Below are positions 1-8,736 of a stretch of 64,000 bases of DNA, in pieces (within the stretch, counting starts at the first letter, position 1; every line of letters starts with the position of its first letter). The notes below the pieces were generated by a model that worked only from the letters and a program-made list of their open reading frames with translations, was not told the DNA's origin and made no database searches. The position numbers were made by a program, and so were the translations under genes. The stretch covers positions 15,484 to 79,483 of the forward strand of contig CANOFW010000011.1 of the NCBI GenBank assembly GCA_947565425.1, in the 5' to 3' direction. This stretch comes from an uncultured Lachnospiraceae bacterium. GTDB lineage: Bacteria > Bacillota > Clostridia > Lachnospirales > Lachnospiraceae.

Positions 1-1
1 A

Positions 2-604
2 GAAGCGTTGGAACGAGTGGCAAATGATGGAATTACCCGGCTTGTAGTTCAGCCCACTTATTTGGTGGATGGGTATGAGTATGGAAGATTGCAAGATACC
101 TTGAGGTTGTATGGAAATTATTATCAGAAAATGGCGTTAGGAAAGCCTTTACTATCAGATGAGACAGATTTTGATGCTGTGATAAAAGCGGTGACTAAAA
201 AAACAGCGTCTTTTAATGATGGTAAGACGGCAATCTGTTTTATCGGACATGGAACGCAGGCTAAATCGAATCGCGTCTATGCAAAGATGCAAATGAAATT
301 GAAACACCAAGGTTTTAACAATTATTACATAGGCACGCTCAAGGCGGAGCCGTCTCTGAAGGATGTCGTTGCTTTGCTGGAAGAAAAAAGCTGTTATCGT
401 AAAGTTGTTTTAGCGCCGCTTATGGTGTCTGCCGGAGGGCATGCCTGTTATGATATGGCTGGAAATAAACAGGAATCCTGGAAAATTACTTTAGAGCGAA
501 AGGGGTATGAGGTAACATGCGTTTTAGAAGGACTTGGACAACATGCTGCCATCCAGGATATCTATGTGGAACATACGCGCAGGGCGTTGCGTTGTATATC
601 ATAA
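2..604 (+). CDS. cbiK: Sirohydrochlorin cobaltochelatase (CbiK family), 5'-truncated by the window edge
   Basis: Open frame from the window start. Motifs QPTYLVDGYEY, CFIGHGT and PLMVSAGGHACYDMAG match the two metal-binding His motifs of CbiK (GHGT; PLMxxAGxHA). Confidence 0.85.
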   Translation, partial: EALERVANDGITRLVVQPTYLVDGYEYGRLQDTLRLYGNYYQKMALGKPLLSDETDFDAVIKAVTKKTASFNDGKTAICFIGHGTQAKSNRVYAKMQMKLKHQGFNNYYIGTLKAEPSLKDVVALLEEKSCYRKVVLAPLMVSAGGHACYDMAGNKQESWKITLERKGYEVTCVLEGLGQHAAIQDIYVEHTRRALRCIS

Positions 605-613
605 AATAAACGG

Positions 614-642
614 TTGACAAATGCTGCATTTCCCGATAAAGT
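614..642 (+). promoter_or_regulatory. Sigma-A type promoter for the riboswitch-mntP transcript
   Basis: TTGACA at 614-619, 17 nt spacer, TAAAGT at 637-642, just upstream of the aptamer. Confidence 0.6.
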
Positions 643-660
643 GTTTTTAGCAAAATTTTC

Positions 661-742
661 CGTGAGGGAGTAGCAAGCGTATCACGTAGCAAGTCAACAC
701 ACTGGCGGCGAGCCTGGCTTGTTTTAAATTGCGAGACTCATG
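661..742 (+). ncRNA. yybP-ykoY (Mn2+-sensing) riboswitch aptamer
   Basis: P1 CGTGAG(661)/CTCATG(742), plus the family landmarks GGGAGTAGC, AAGTCAACA, CTGGCTTGTT and GCGAGAC. Lies directly upstream of mntP, the typical target gene. Confidence 0.85.
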
Positions 743-791
743 TATAACTGCGAAGCTATACATGGAGTCTATATATTTGAATGACATATAC

Positions 792-826
792 CCAAGTATA
801 GTTTTGAGACTGTACTTGGTTTTTTT
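792..826 (+). terminator. Intrinsic terminator in the riboswitch expression platform
   Basis: Stem CCAAGTATAG(792-801)/CTGTACTTGG(810-819) followed by T7, before the mntP RBS. Confidence 0.75.
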
Positions 827-868
827 GCGGTGATTTTTGAACAAACTATTACTTTTTAGTAGGAGGAA

Positions 869-1459
869 ATGAAAATGGCATGGAGTTTACGATTTGTTCT
901 TAACAATATTTTTCTTGGCGCAGGGCTTGCGATGGATGCATTTTCGGTATCGTTGGTAAATGGGCTCGGTGAGCCCGGAATGTCCAAGAGAAAAATGTGT
1001 GCGATTGCCGGCGTGTTTGCATTTTTTCAGGCAATGATGCCGATGATTGGCTGGGTCTGCGTACATACGGTACTGCGTTATTTTCAGGCGTTTGAATTGT
1101 TTATTCCCTGGATTGCTTTGGCGCTGCTGCTTTTTATTGGCGGGAAAATGTTGCTAGAGGGAATACGCAATCAGGAGGAAACCGCAGAAAAATCGGCAGT
1201 CAGTATCAATACGCTTTTGATCCAGGGGATAGCAACATCTATAGATGCGTTGTCTGTAGGTTTTACGATTGCAAGCTACGGTTTAGCAATGGCGATAATA
1301 AGTGCATTATTGATTTCCGTCGTGACCTTCGTGATCTGTATTTGCGGATTGTTGATTGGCAGAAGGTTTGGGACAAAATTGTCTAATAAGGCGGCAATCT
1401 TGGGTGACGTTATCCTCATTGCCATCGGCATTGAAATTTTTGTATCAGGCGTATTTTAA
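869..1459 (+). CDS. mntP: Manganese efflux pump MntP
   Basis: Repeated motifs GLAMDAFSVS and ATSIDALSVG; hydrophobic 196 aa protein; upstream Mn riboswitch; RBS AGGAGG. Confidence 0.9.
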   Translation: MKMAWSLRFVLNNIFLGAGLAMDAFSVSLVNGLGEPGMSKRKMCAIAGVFAFFQAMMPMIGWVCVHTVLRYFQAFELFIPWIALALLLFIGGKMLLEGIRNQEETAEKSAVSINTLLIQGIATSIDALSVGFTIASYGLAMAIISALLISVVTFVICICGLLIGRRFGTKLSNKAAILGDVILIAIGIEIFVSGVF

Positions 1460-1561
1460 CAGAAGATGGAAATTGCGGTTGCAGCTTTACCATACAGAGA
1501 AAATATGGTATGATTTTATTGTCGTATTTTGTGTAAAAATTATAGGAAAGGAAAGCAGATT

Positions 1562-1816
1562 ATGGAATATACTTATAAGACAAAGGGAACATGCTCTAGC
1601 CAGATTACATTAAATATCGAGGGGAATGTGGTGACGAATATTACATTTACAGGAGGATGCAATGGGAATTTAAAGGCCATTCCGCGCCTTGTGGACGGAT
1701 GGACGGTAGAGCAGATTGAGGAAAAGCTCTCCGGGCTTCAATGCGGTTTCAAACAGACTTCCTGTGGAGACCAATTAGCGAAAGCTTGCCGGGCGGCGTA
1801 CGAAGCACAGAAGTAA
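1562..1816 (+). CDS. TIGR03905-like small TSCPD-domain Cys-containing protein
   Basis: YKTKGTCSSQI, GGCNGNLKAI, CGFKQTSCGDQLA; RBS GGAAAG before ATG at 1562. Confidence 0.75.
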   Translation: MEYTYKTKGTCSSQITLNIEGNVVTNITFTGGCNGNLKAIPRLVDGWTVEQIEEKLSGLQCGFKQTSCGDQLAKACRAAYEAQK

Positions 1817-1979
1817 TGAGTAACGAGAATTTTGTCGAAAATATCAAAAAACTATGTACCAATGGAAATAGAATATGGTATACTTGACGGTATAAGGATT
1901 TGAGTGCCAGGGGCTACAGTGATAGAAGTGTTTTGGCATTTGAACGATACAAAAATAATAAGAAAGTGGGGCACGAGAA

Positions 1980-3299
1980 ATGGGTTTCATGACATTTAAG
2001 GGCGGCGTTCATCCGCACGATGGAAAAGAATTCTCCAAAGATAAGCCGATACGTGATATTTTACCCAAAGGTGAACTGGTATTTCCTGTTTCCCAGCATA
2101 TCGGGGCGCCGGCAAGTCCGATTGTGGCTGTGGGTGATACCGTGCTGAGAGGGCAGAAAATTGCAGAGGCCGGCGGATTCGTATCTGCACCGGTTTATGC
2201 TTCCGTATCTGGTACGGTCAAAGCAATCCAACCACGCAGGGGTGCAGTTGGGGATATGGTGAATTCTATCATCATCGAGAATGACGGAGAAATGAAGGAA
2301 GTGGAGTTTTCACCGGTTGACGATGTGAAGTCTCTATCTAAGGAAGACATTATCGGCAGAGTCAAAGAGGCAGGCGTTGTGGGTATGGGAGGCGCAGGAT
2401 TTCCGACCCATGTGAAGTTATCGCCGAAGGAGCCGGAGAAGATTGAATACATAATTGCCAACTGTGCAGAGTGCGAACCGTATCTGACTGCGGATTACCG
2501 GCGGATGCTGGAGAACCCGCAGGAATTGATAGAGGGTATGCGCATTGTATTACAGTTGTTTGATAATGCCAAGGGGCTGTTTGGTATTGAGGATAATAAG
2601 CCGGACTGCATACAGAAAATGCAGGAACTTACAAAGGATGAACCTCGTATGGAAGTTTGTCCGTTGAAGACGAAATATCCGCAGGGCGGCGAGCGTCAGT
2701 TGATTTATGCGACCACGAAGCGGGAGATTAACTCTAAAATGCTTCCGGCAGATGCCGGCTGTATTGTAGATAACGTGGAGACATTGATTTCTATATATCA
2801 TGCAGTGAAGCTCGGAAAACCGGTGATGAACCGTATCTTTACAGTGACAGGCGATGCTGCGGCCGAGCCCGGTAATTTTAATATCTGCCTTGGTATGAGC
2901 TATGCAGAGATTTTAGAAGAAGCAGGCGGCTTCAAAGTACAGCCGGAGAAGATTATTTCTGGCGGTCCAATGATGGGATTTTCGATGTTCGGGTTAGATA
3001 TCCCGACTACAAAGACATCATCTTCCCTTCTATGTCTTGCCAAGGATGACGTTGCCGCGAGCGAGACAACGGCGTGTATCAATTGCGGACGCTGTGTGGC
3101 AGCGTGCCCGGAGCAGATTATTCCTACCAGATTGTCTAAAATGGCTAATCATGGAGACATGGAAGGATTTGAAAAATGGAACGGCATGGAATGTATTGAA
3201 TGTGGAAGTTGCAGCTATATCTGTCCGGCAAAAATACCTCTGGCACAGTATATCAGAACCATGAAAAAGCAGATTCTTGCAGAGAGAAGAAAGAAATAG
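1980..3299 (+). CDS. rnfC: Rnf electron transport complex subunit C
   Basis: TFKGGVHP, SQHIGAP, GMGGAGFPTHVKL, NCAECEPYLTAD and two C-terminal 4Fe-4S motifs (CINCGRCVAACP, CIECGSCSYICP). Confidence 0.95.
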   Translation: MGFMTFKGGVHPHDGKEFSKDKPIRDILPKGELVFPVSQHIGAPASPIVAVGDTVLRGQKIAEAGGFVSAPVYASVSGTVKAIQPRRGAVGDMVNSIIIENDGEMKEVEFSPVDDVKSLSKEDIIGRVKEAGVVGMGGAGFPTHVKLSPKEPEKIEYIIANCAECEPYLTADYRRMLENPQELIEGMRIVLQLFDNAKGLFGIEDNKPDCIQKMQELTKDEPRMEVCPLKTKYPQGGERQLIYATTKREINSKMLPADAGCIVDNVETLISIYHAVKLGKPVMNRIFTVTGDAAAEPGNFNICLGMSYAEILEEAGGFKVQPEKIISGGPMMGFSMFGLDIPTTKTSSSLLCLAKDDVAASETTACINCGRCVAACPEQIIPTRLSKMANHGDMEGFEKWNGMECIECGSCSYICPAKIPLAQYIRTMKKQILAERRKK

Positions 3300-3388
3300 C
3301 AGCAGCTTAGGAAACTAACACCCCACAGAGGGCAGGCATGGCTTTGGCCGGTTGTGGAGGGACTAAAAAGAGAAAGAGGTGTCTTATT

Positions 3389-4324
3389 GTGAGTGATTTA
3401 TATAACGTATCGTCATCATCACATGTCCGTGATAAAGATACATCCGCTAGAATCATGCTTTATGTGGTAATCGCGTTGTTGCCGGCAAGCATATTTGGCG
3501 TTATCAATTTTGGGATACGCGCATTGGTGCTGATTCTGGTATGTATTGCAGTTTGTGTGGCTTCTGAATGGGTTTTTGAGAAGCTTATCCATAAAAAAAG
3601 TACAATTAACGATTTCAGCGCCGTGGTAACTGGTCTGTTACTGGCATTGAATCTGCCTCATACGCTTCCCATCTGGCAGGCAATCTTGGGTAGTGTATTT
3701 GCGATTGTGATTGTTAAAATGTTGTTCGGCGGTTTAGGCCAGAATTTCATGAATCCTGCGCTGGGCGCGAGATGTTTCCTGCTCGTATCATTTGCCGGGA
3801 CAATGACAAGTTTTACATACGATGGCGTCACCGGGGCAACGCCTCTTGCCTTGATAAGGAATGGAGAAACCGTGGACACGATGAAGATGTTTTTGGGAAC
3901 CACGGCGGGAACGATCGGCGAGACCAGCGTAGTTGCCATTTTAATTGGAGCAATCATTCTGATTCTGTTCGGCGTCATTGATTTGAGAATTCCGGCAAGC
4001 TATATTATTTCTTTTGCTGTGTTTATTCTGCTGTTTGGCGGGCATGGATTTGATATGAATTATCTGACTGCGCAGCTTTGCGGCGGCGGTCTGATGCTGG
4101 GCGCATTCTTTATGGCGACCGATTATGTGACTTCACCGATTACCCCGACAGGCAAAATTGTATTTGGAATTTTATTGGGTGTGCTCACCGGATTATTCCG
4201 TGTTTTCGGTGCTAATGCGGAGGGAGTTTCTTTTGCGATTATCTTAGGTAACCTTCTGGTGCCGATTATTGAGAAGTTTACAATTCCAAGGGCATTTGGA
4301 CAGAAAAAAGGAGGTCAGGCATGA
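3389..4324 (+). CDS. rnfD: Rnf subunit D
   Basis: Likely GTG start at 3389 after AGAGGTG. Contains FGGLGQNFMNPAL, DGVTGATPL (FMN-Thr motif), GETS and FFMATDYVTSP. Confidence 0.93.
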   Translation: MSDLYNVSSSSHVRDKDTSARIMLYVVIALLPASIFGVINFGIRALVLILVCIAVCVASEWVFEKLIHKKSTINDFSAVVTGLLLALNLPHTLPIWQAILGSVFAIVIVKMLFGGLGQNFMNPALGARCFLLVSFAGTMTSFTYDGVTGATPLALIRNGETVDTMKMFLGTTAGTIGETSVVAILIGAIILILFGVIDLRIPASYIISFAVFILLFGGHGFDMNYLTAQLCGGGLMLGAFFMATDYVTSPITPTGKIVFGILLGVLTGLFRVFGANAEGVSFAIILGNLLVPIIEKFTIPRAFGQKKGGQA

Positions 4325-4932
4325 ATAAGAAGATCGTACATGACGCGTTGATTTTAACGGCCTTTACACTGGTGCTGGGATTTCTGCTGGGGGCTGTCTA
4401 TGAGATAACCAAAGAGCCTATTGCAGCGGCAGAAAAAGCAGCGTTGGATGAAGCATACAAAGTTGTATTTGCTGATGCAGCTTCTTTTGAGGCAGATACA
4501 GAGTTTGATGCAGCAAAAGCGGCAGAGCTTATTGCAGCAAGTGAATTTCCCAACGATGAGATAACGGCAGTAAATAAAGCATTAGATGGATCCGGCAATG
4601 TCCTGGGTTATGTCATCAATGTTACCTCTCATGAGGGAAGTCAGGCGGATATTTCATTTTCTGTGGGTATCACCAATGAGGGCGTTTTAAATGGCTACTC
4701 GATCACGTCCATCAGTGAGACACCGGGACTTGGCGTGCTGGTGCAGGAAGAGCCGTTCTATTCTCAGTTTGAAGGGAAGTCCGAGGAGACTTACACGGTG
4801 GTGAAATCTTCTCCGGCGGCAGAGAATGAAATCCAGGCAGTCACAGGTGCAACCATTTCTTCCAGGGCGGTAACCAATGGTGTCAATGCATGTCTGGAAT
4901 ATTTCAGAAGTGCTTTGCAGGGAGGTAACTAG
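4321..4932 (+). CDS. rnfG: Rnf subunit G
   Basis: N-terminal TM helix, ETPGLG, and the FMN-attachment motif VTGATISS. Confidence 0.92.
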   Translation: MNKKIVHDALILTAFTLVLGFLLGAVYEITKEPIAAAEKAALDEAYKVVFADAASFEADTEFDAAKAAELIAASEFPNDEITAVNKALDGSGNVLGYVINVTSHEGSQADISFSVGITNEGVLNGYSITSISETPGLGVLVQEEPFYSQFEGKSEETYTVVKSSPAAENEIQAVTGATISSRAVTNGVNACLEYFRSALQGGN

Positions 4933-4934
4933 TT

Positions 4935-5609
4935 ATGAATAAATATGTAGAACGTTTATATAATGGTATCATCAAAGAAAACCCCACATTTGTATTGATG
5001 TTGGGCATGTGTCCAACGCTTGCGGTAACATCCTCCGCGATTAATGGTATCGGTATGGGCTTGTCCACGACAGTCGTGCTTGTAATGTCCAATCTGCTGA
5101 TTTCCATGTTTCGTAAAGTGATTCCCAACGGCGTGCGTATGCCGGCTTACATTGTTGTGGTAGCATCTCTGGTTACGATCGTACAGTTTGTCATGCAGGC
5201 ATATACACCGGCGCTTTCCGCATCTTTGGGCGTGTATATTCCTTTGATTGTTGTAAACTGTATTATCCTGGGAAGAGCAGAGAGCTATGCTTCTAAGAAT
5301 CCTATTATGCCGTCTATTTTTGACGGAATCGGTATGGGGCTTGGATTTACGGTTGGCCTTACCTTTATCGGCCTGATTCGTCAGGTTTTGGGGGCAAATC
5401 TTGGAATTACGGTATTTATTATGGCTCCTGGAGCTTTTTTGGTACTGGCATTCTTAGTGGCTGGCATGAATGTTATACGGGATAAAATGGAAAAGAAGGG
5501 CAAGCCTTTGGCAGCTCCCTCTGGCTGTCTTTCCGGGGACTGTGCAAGCTGTACGCAGTCTGCAATGTGCACTGGAAAGTTATCATCCGCAAAGAATTCG
5601 GAAGAATAG
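4935..5609 (+). CDS. rnfE: Rnf subunit E with Cys-rich C-terminal tail
   Basis: LGMCPTLAVT, IPLIVVNCIILGRAE, APGAF; position within the operon. Confidence 0.93.
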   Translation: MNKYVERLYNGIIKENPTFVLMLGMCPTLAVTSSAINGIGMGLSTTVVLVMSNLLISMFRKVIPNGVRMPAYIVVVASLVTIVQFVMQAYTPALSASLGVYIPLIVVNCIILGRAESYASKNPIMPSIFDGIGMGLGFTVGLTFIGLIRQVLGANLGITVFIMAPGAFLVLAFLVAGMNVIRDKMEKKGKPLAAPSGCLSGDCASCTQSAMCTGKLSSAKNSEE

Positions 5610-5621
5610 GAGGCAGAATAG

Positions 5622-6197
5622 ATGAAAGAATTATTAATCATTGCAATCGGCTCTGCCATTGTAAATAATGTAGTGTTAAGCCAGTTCCTGGGAATTTGCC
5701 CATTCCTGGGTGTTTCCAAGAAGACCAATACCGCAGCCGGCATGGGCGGTGCAGTTATTTTCGTTATCACGCTGGCGTCTTTTGTTACTGGATTAATTTA
5801 CAAGTTTATCCTCGCACCGTTCCATGTAGAATATCTCCAGACCATCGTCTTTATTCTGGTAATTGCGTCTTTGGTGCAGTTTGTGGAAATGTTCTTAAAG
5901 AAGAATATGCCTCCATTGTATGAGTCCTTGGGTGTATACCTTCCGCTGATTACTACCAACTGTGCAGTATTGGGCGTTGCTTTGACAAATGTAACCAAAG
6001 GTTATGATTTATTGCAGGGTGTAGTAAACGGCCTGGCTACTTCTGTAGGATTTTTCATTGCTATTGTGATTATGGCGGGGCTTCGTGAGAAGATCGAGTA
6101 CAACGATATTCCCAAGCGCTTTCAGGGAACGGCAATTGTCTTGATTACGGCCAGCTTAATGTCAATCGCCTTCATGGGATTCTCAGGGATGATATAG
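5622..6197 (+). CDS. rnfA: Rnf subunit A
   Basis: QFLGICPFLGVS, YLPLITTNCAVLG. Confidence 0.95.
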   Translation: MKELLIIAIGSAIVNNVVLSQFLGICPFLGVSKKTNTAAGMGGAVIFVITLASFVTGLIYKFILAPFHVEYLQTIVFILVIASLVQFVEMFLKKNMPPLYESLGVYLPLITTNCAVLGVALTNVTKGYDLLQGVVNGLATSVGFFIAIVIMAGLREKIEYNDIPKRFQGTAIVLITASLMSIAFMGFSGMI

Positions 6198-6425
6198 TTT
6201 TGCAGTTCAGCAATCCTTGACATAATGGGCGAATCATGCTTGCATGAATGAGTACATTATGCCAAGGATGAGCGGAGCGCCTTCTTATGAGCAAAGTTAG
6301 CATATAGCATGAGGAGGGACCCACGAAGTGGGAGGAGCCCTGATGCTCCAGTGCCGATTTGAGAGAATTAGGCTATAGAAAGCAACATAGTTGCCTTTGC
6401 GAATGGCGCGTCTGAACTGTTAAAA
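6198..6425 (+). repeat. MITE/REP-like palindromic insertion between rnfA and rnfB
   Basis: Terminal inverted repeats TTTTGCAGTTCAG ... CTGAACTGTTAAAA. Internal hairpins ATCCTTGACATAATG/CATTATGCCAAGGAT (6213-6269) and CCCACGAAGTGGG. Confidence 0.55.
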
Positions 6426-6443
6426 ATTAAGGAGGAAAAGAAT

Positions 6444-7244
6444 ATGAATATAGGAGCAATTATCATTGCCGCCCTGGTAGTGGGCGGAAGCGGTATTCTG
6501 CTGGGCTTATTCCTGGGAATTTTCGGGGAGAAGTTCAAAGTAGAAGTAGATGAAAGGGAAGAGGCTATCATGGGTGTACTTCCCGGCAATAACTGCGGTG
6601 GCTGCGGATATGCCGGATGTTCCGGTCTTGCGGCAGCCATTGTAAAAGGGGAAGCGCCGGTCAACCAGTGTCCGGTAGGTGGCGCCCCCATAGCTGCACA
6701 GATTGGCGAAATTATGGGTGTTTCTGCTGAGGAGGGTGCAAGAAAGGTAGCATTTGTAAAATGTGCCGGCGATTGCGAGAAGGCAAAACAGGACTATAAA
6801 TACACAGGTGTCGAAGATTGTGCATCTATGGCCTTTATCCCCAATGGCGGACCCAAAGGATGTAATTATGGTTGTCTTGGCTATGGAAGCTGTGTGAAAG
6901 CTTGTCCGTTTGATGCCGTACATATTATCAATGGCATTGCTGTGGTAGATAAGGAAGCTTGTAAGGCATGCGGCAAATGCGTGGCAGCATGTCCTAAGAA
7001 TTTGATTGAGCTGATTCCTTACGATGCCAAAAATAAGGTACAGTGCAATTCTAAGGACAAAGGCAAGGATGTTATGGCTGCTTGTTCTGTAGGTTGTATC
7101 GGTTGTCATCTCTGTGAAAAGAACTGCCCGGAGGGTGCAGTTACGGTGACCGATAATATTGCGCATATTGATTATGAGAAGTGTACCGGCTGCGGTACAT
7201 GCGCAGAGAAGTGCCCGAAAAAAATCATCAGTAAGGCAGTTTAA
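6444..7244 (+). CDS. rnfB: Rnf subunit B (polyferredoxin type)
   Basis: TM anchor, LPGNNCGGCGYAGC FeS domain, and several CxxCxxCxxxCP ferredoxin motifs. Confidence 0.95.
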   Translation: MNIGAIIIAALVVGGSGILLGLFLGIFGEKFKVEVDEREEAIMGVLPGNNCGGCGYAGCSGLAAAIVKGEAPVNQCPVGGAPIAAQIGEIMGVSAEEGARKVAFVKCAGDCEKAKQDYKYTGVEDCASMAFIPNGGPKGCNYGCLGYGSCVKACPFDAVHIINGIAVVDKEACKACGKCVAACPKNLIELIPYDAKNKVQCNSKDKGKDVMAACSVGCIGCHLCEKNCPEGAVTVTDNIAHIDYEKCTGCGTCAEKCPKKIISKAV

Positions 7245-7310
7245 AAGGACAGAATCGTCCGAAAACTACCGGCAAGGCAGTTAGGAATAAATTATCCTAT
7301 CATTAATCGA

Positions 7311-7352
7311 GAAAGCGGAAAATGCCATGCAACGCACTTTTCGCTTTCTTTT
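7311..7352 (+). terminator. Probable rnf operon terminator
   Basis: GAAAGCGGAAAA ... TTTTCGCTTTC stem followed by TTTT. Confidence 0.5.
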
Positions 7353-7374
7353 ATGCCCACTAAAGGAGATAATC

Positions 7375-8694
7375 ATGCAATATACTGGATACGAACAGAT
7401 ATGGATGTTTTTTATATATAGTTTCTTGGGGTGGTGCCTGGAGGTAATCTACGCAGCGGCAGGGCGCAAGAAGTTTGTAAACCGAGGATTTTTAAATGGC
7501 ATTTTATGCCCGGTTTATGGATTTTCTATGGTGTTTATGCTGGTGTTTATGGATTCCCTGAAGGGAAAATGGTTTTATCTTTTTTTGGGGTGTATGATTG
7601 TGGGAACCGTTACGGAGCTTATAACAGGTCTGGCATTGGAGAAAATATTTCACCTGCGTCTGTGGAATTATTCAGAAAAAAAGTTCCAGGCGGGCGGTTA
7701 TATTTGCTTGGCGGCATCCTTGGTATGGGGAATGCTGGGCTTGTTGGTGGTAAAATTTATAAACCCATTTTTTCTGGTAGTAATCCGTAAAGTGCCTGGA
7801 ATTCCCGGCATGATTCTTATGATTATCTTATTGATAATTCTTGCTGCGGACACGGTGACAACTACAGCGGTACTGCTGAAAATAAAAAATCAAAATCCGG
7901 CGTTTGCCGAGATTGCCGAAGGATTTACACAGGCATCGAAATCGCTGGAAGGATTTATCATAAAGCTGGTACACAAGAGGGTGCATCGTGCGTTTCCTGG
8001 CTTGGAGAAGAAGGAAGCAGAAGAAGAGCGGCAAGAACAAATCCGTCGGGAAACTGTGTTTGCTTATGGTTGCAGCTTTTACAAGGTGTTCTGGATTTTT
8101 ATGCTGGGGGCATTCTTAGGAGATCTGACGGAGACTGTTTTTTGCAGGTTTTCTATGGGATGGTGGATGAGCCGCAGCAGTGTGGTCTATGGCACGTTTA
8201 GCCTTGTTTGGGGAGGTGGCGTTGCTGGAATCACAATCCTTTTGTATCGTTACCGCAATCGAGAAGACCGTTATATCTTTTTTGCCGGTACATTATTGGG
8301 CGGCGCATATGAATATATATGCAGCGTATTTACAGAACTGGCATTTGGCACGGTTTTTTGGGACTACAGCAAAATACCTTTAAACCTCGGCGGGCGTATC
8401 AATCTGTTGTTTTGCTTTTTTTGGGGCATTGCAGCCTGGGTGTGGATGAAATTGCTTTATCCCAAGGTATCTGATTTGATTGAAAAAGTACCGAAGAGGC
8501 CCGGAACATGGGTTACGTATGCTGTGTTAGTGTTTATGGTTGGCAATGTGTTACTTTCCGGTATTGCTCTGAGCCGCTATAGCGAACGGGCAAGTGGAAT
8601 CAAAGCCAATAATGCGTTGTCAGAGTGGATAGATGAGAGATTTCCAGACGAACGGATGGAACGAATCTATCCAAGTGCCAAAATAAGAAAATAG
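7375..8694 (+). CDS. Putative ABC transporter permease (CmpB/TMEM229-like), two tandem domains
   Basis: Two homologous membrane domains (YSFLGWCLE...WNYS...GYICL; GAFLGDLTE...WDYS...GRINL) separated by a helical linker. ATG at 7375 after AAGGAG. Confidence 0.7.
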   Translation: MQYTGYEQIWMFFIYSFLGWCLEVIYAAAGRKKFVNRGFLNGILCPVYGFSMVFMLVFMDSLKGKWFYLFLGCMIVGTVTELITGLALEKIFHLRLWNYSEKKFQAGGYICLAASLVWGMLGLLVVKFINPFFLVVIRKVPGIPGMILMIILLIILAADTVTTTAVLLKIKNQNPAFAEIAEGFTQASKSLEGFIIKLVHKRVHRAFPGLEKKEAEEERQEQIRRETVFAYGCSFYKVFWIFMLGAFLGDLTETVFCRFSMGWWMSRSSVVYGTFSLVWGGGVAGITILLYRYRNREDRYIFFAGTLLGGAYEYICSVFTELAFGTVFWDYSKIPLNLGGRINLLFCFFWGIAAWVWMKLLYPKVSDLIEKVPKRPGTWVTYAVLVFMVGNVLLSGIALSRYSERASGIKANNALSEWIDERFPDERMERIYPSAKIRK

Positions 8695-8736
8695 TAGTGA
8701 GAAACAAATTATAGTAAGGAAGCAGGATGTATATTT

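Noticed and set aside
1833-1839. TGTCGAA Spo0A-box-like heptamer upstream of rnfC
   Set aside because: A single 7-mer is expected by chance in 64 kb and has no supporting second site.
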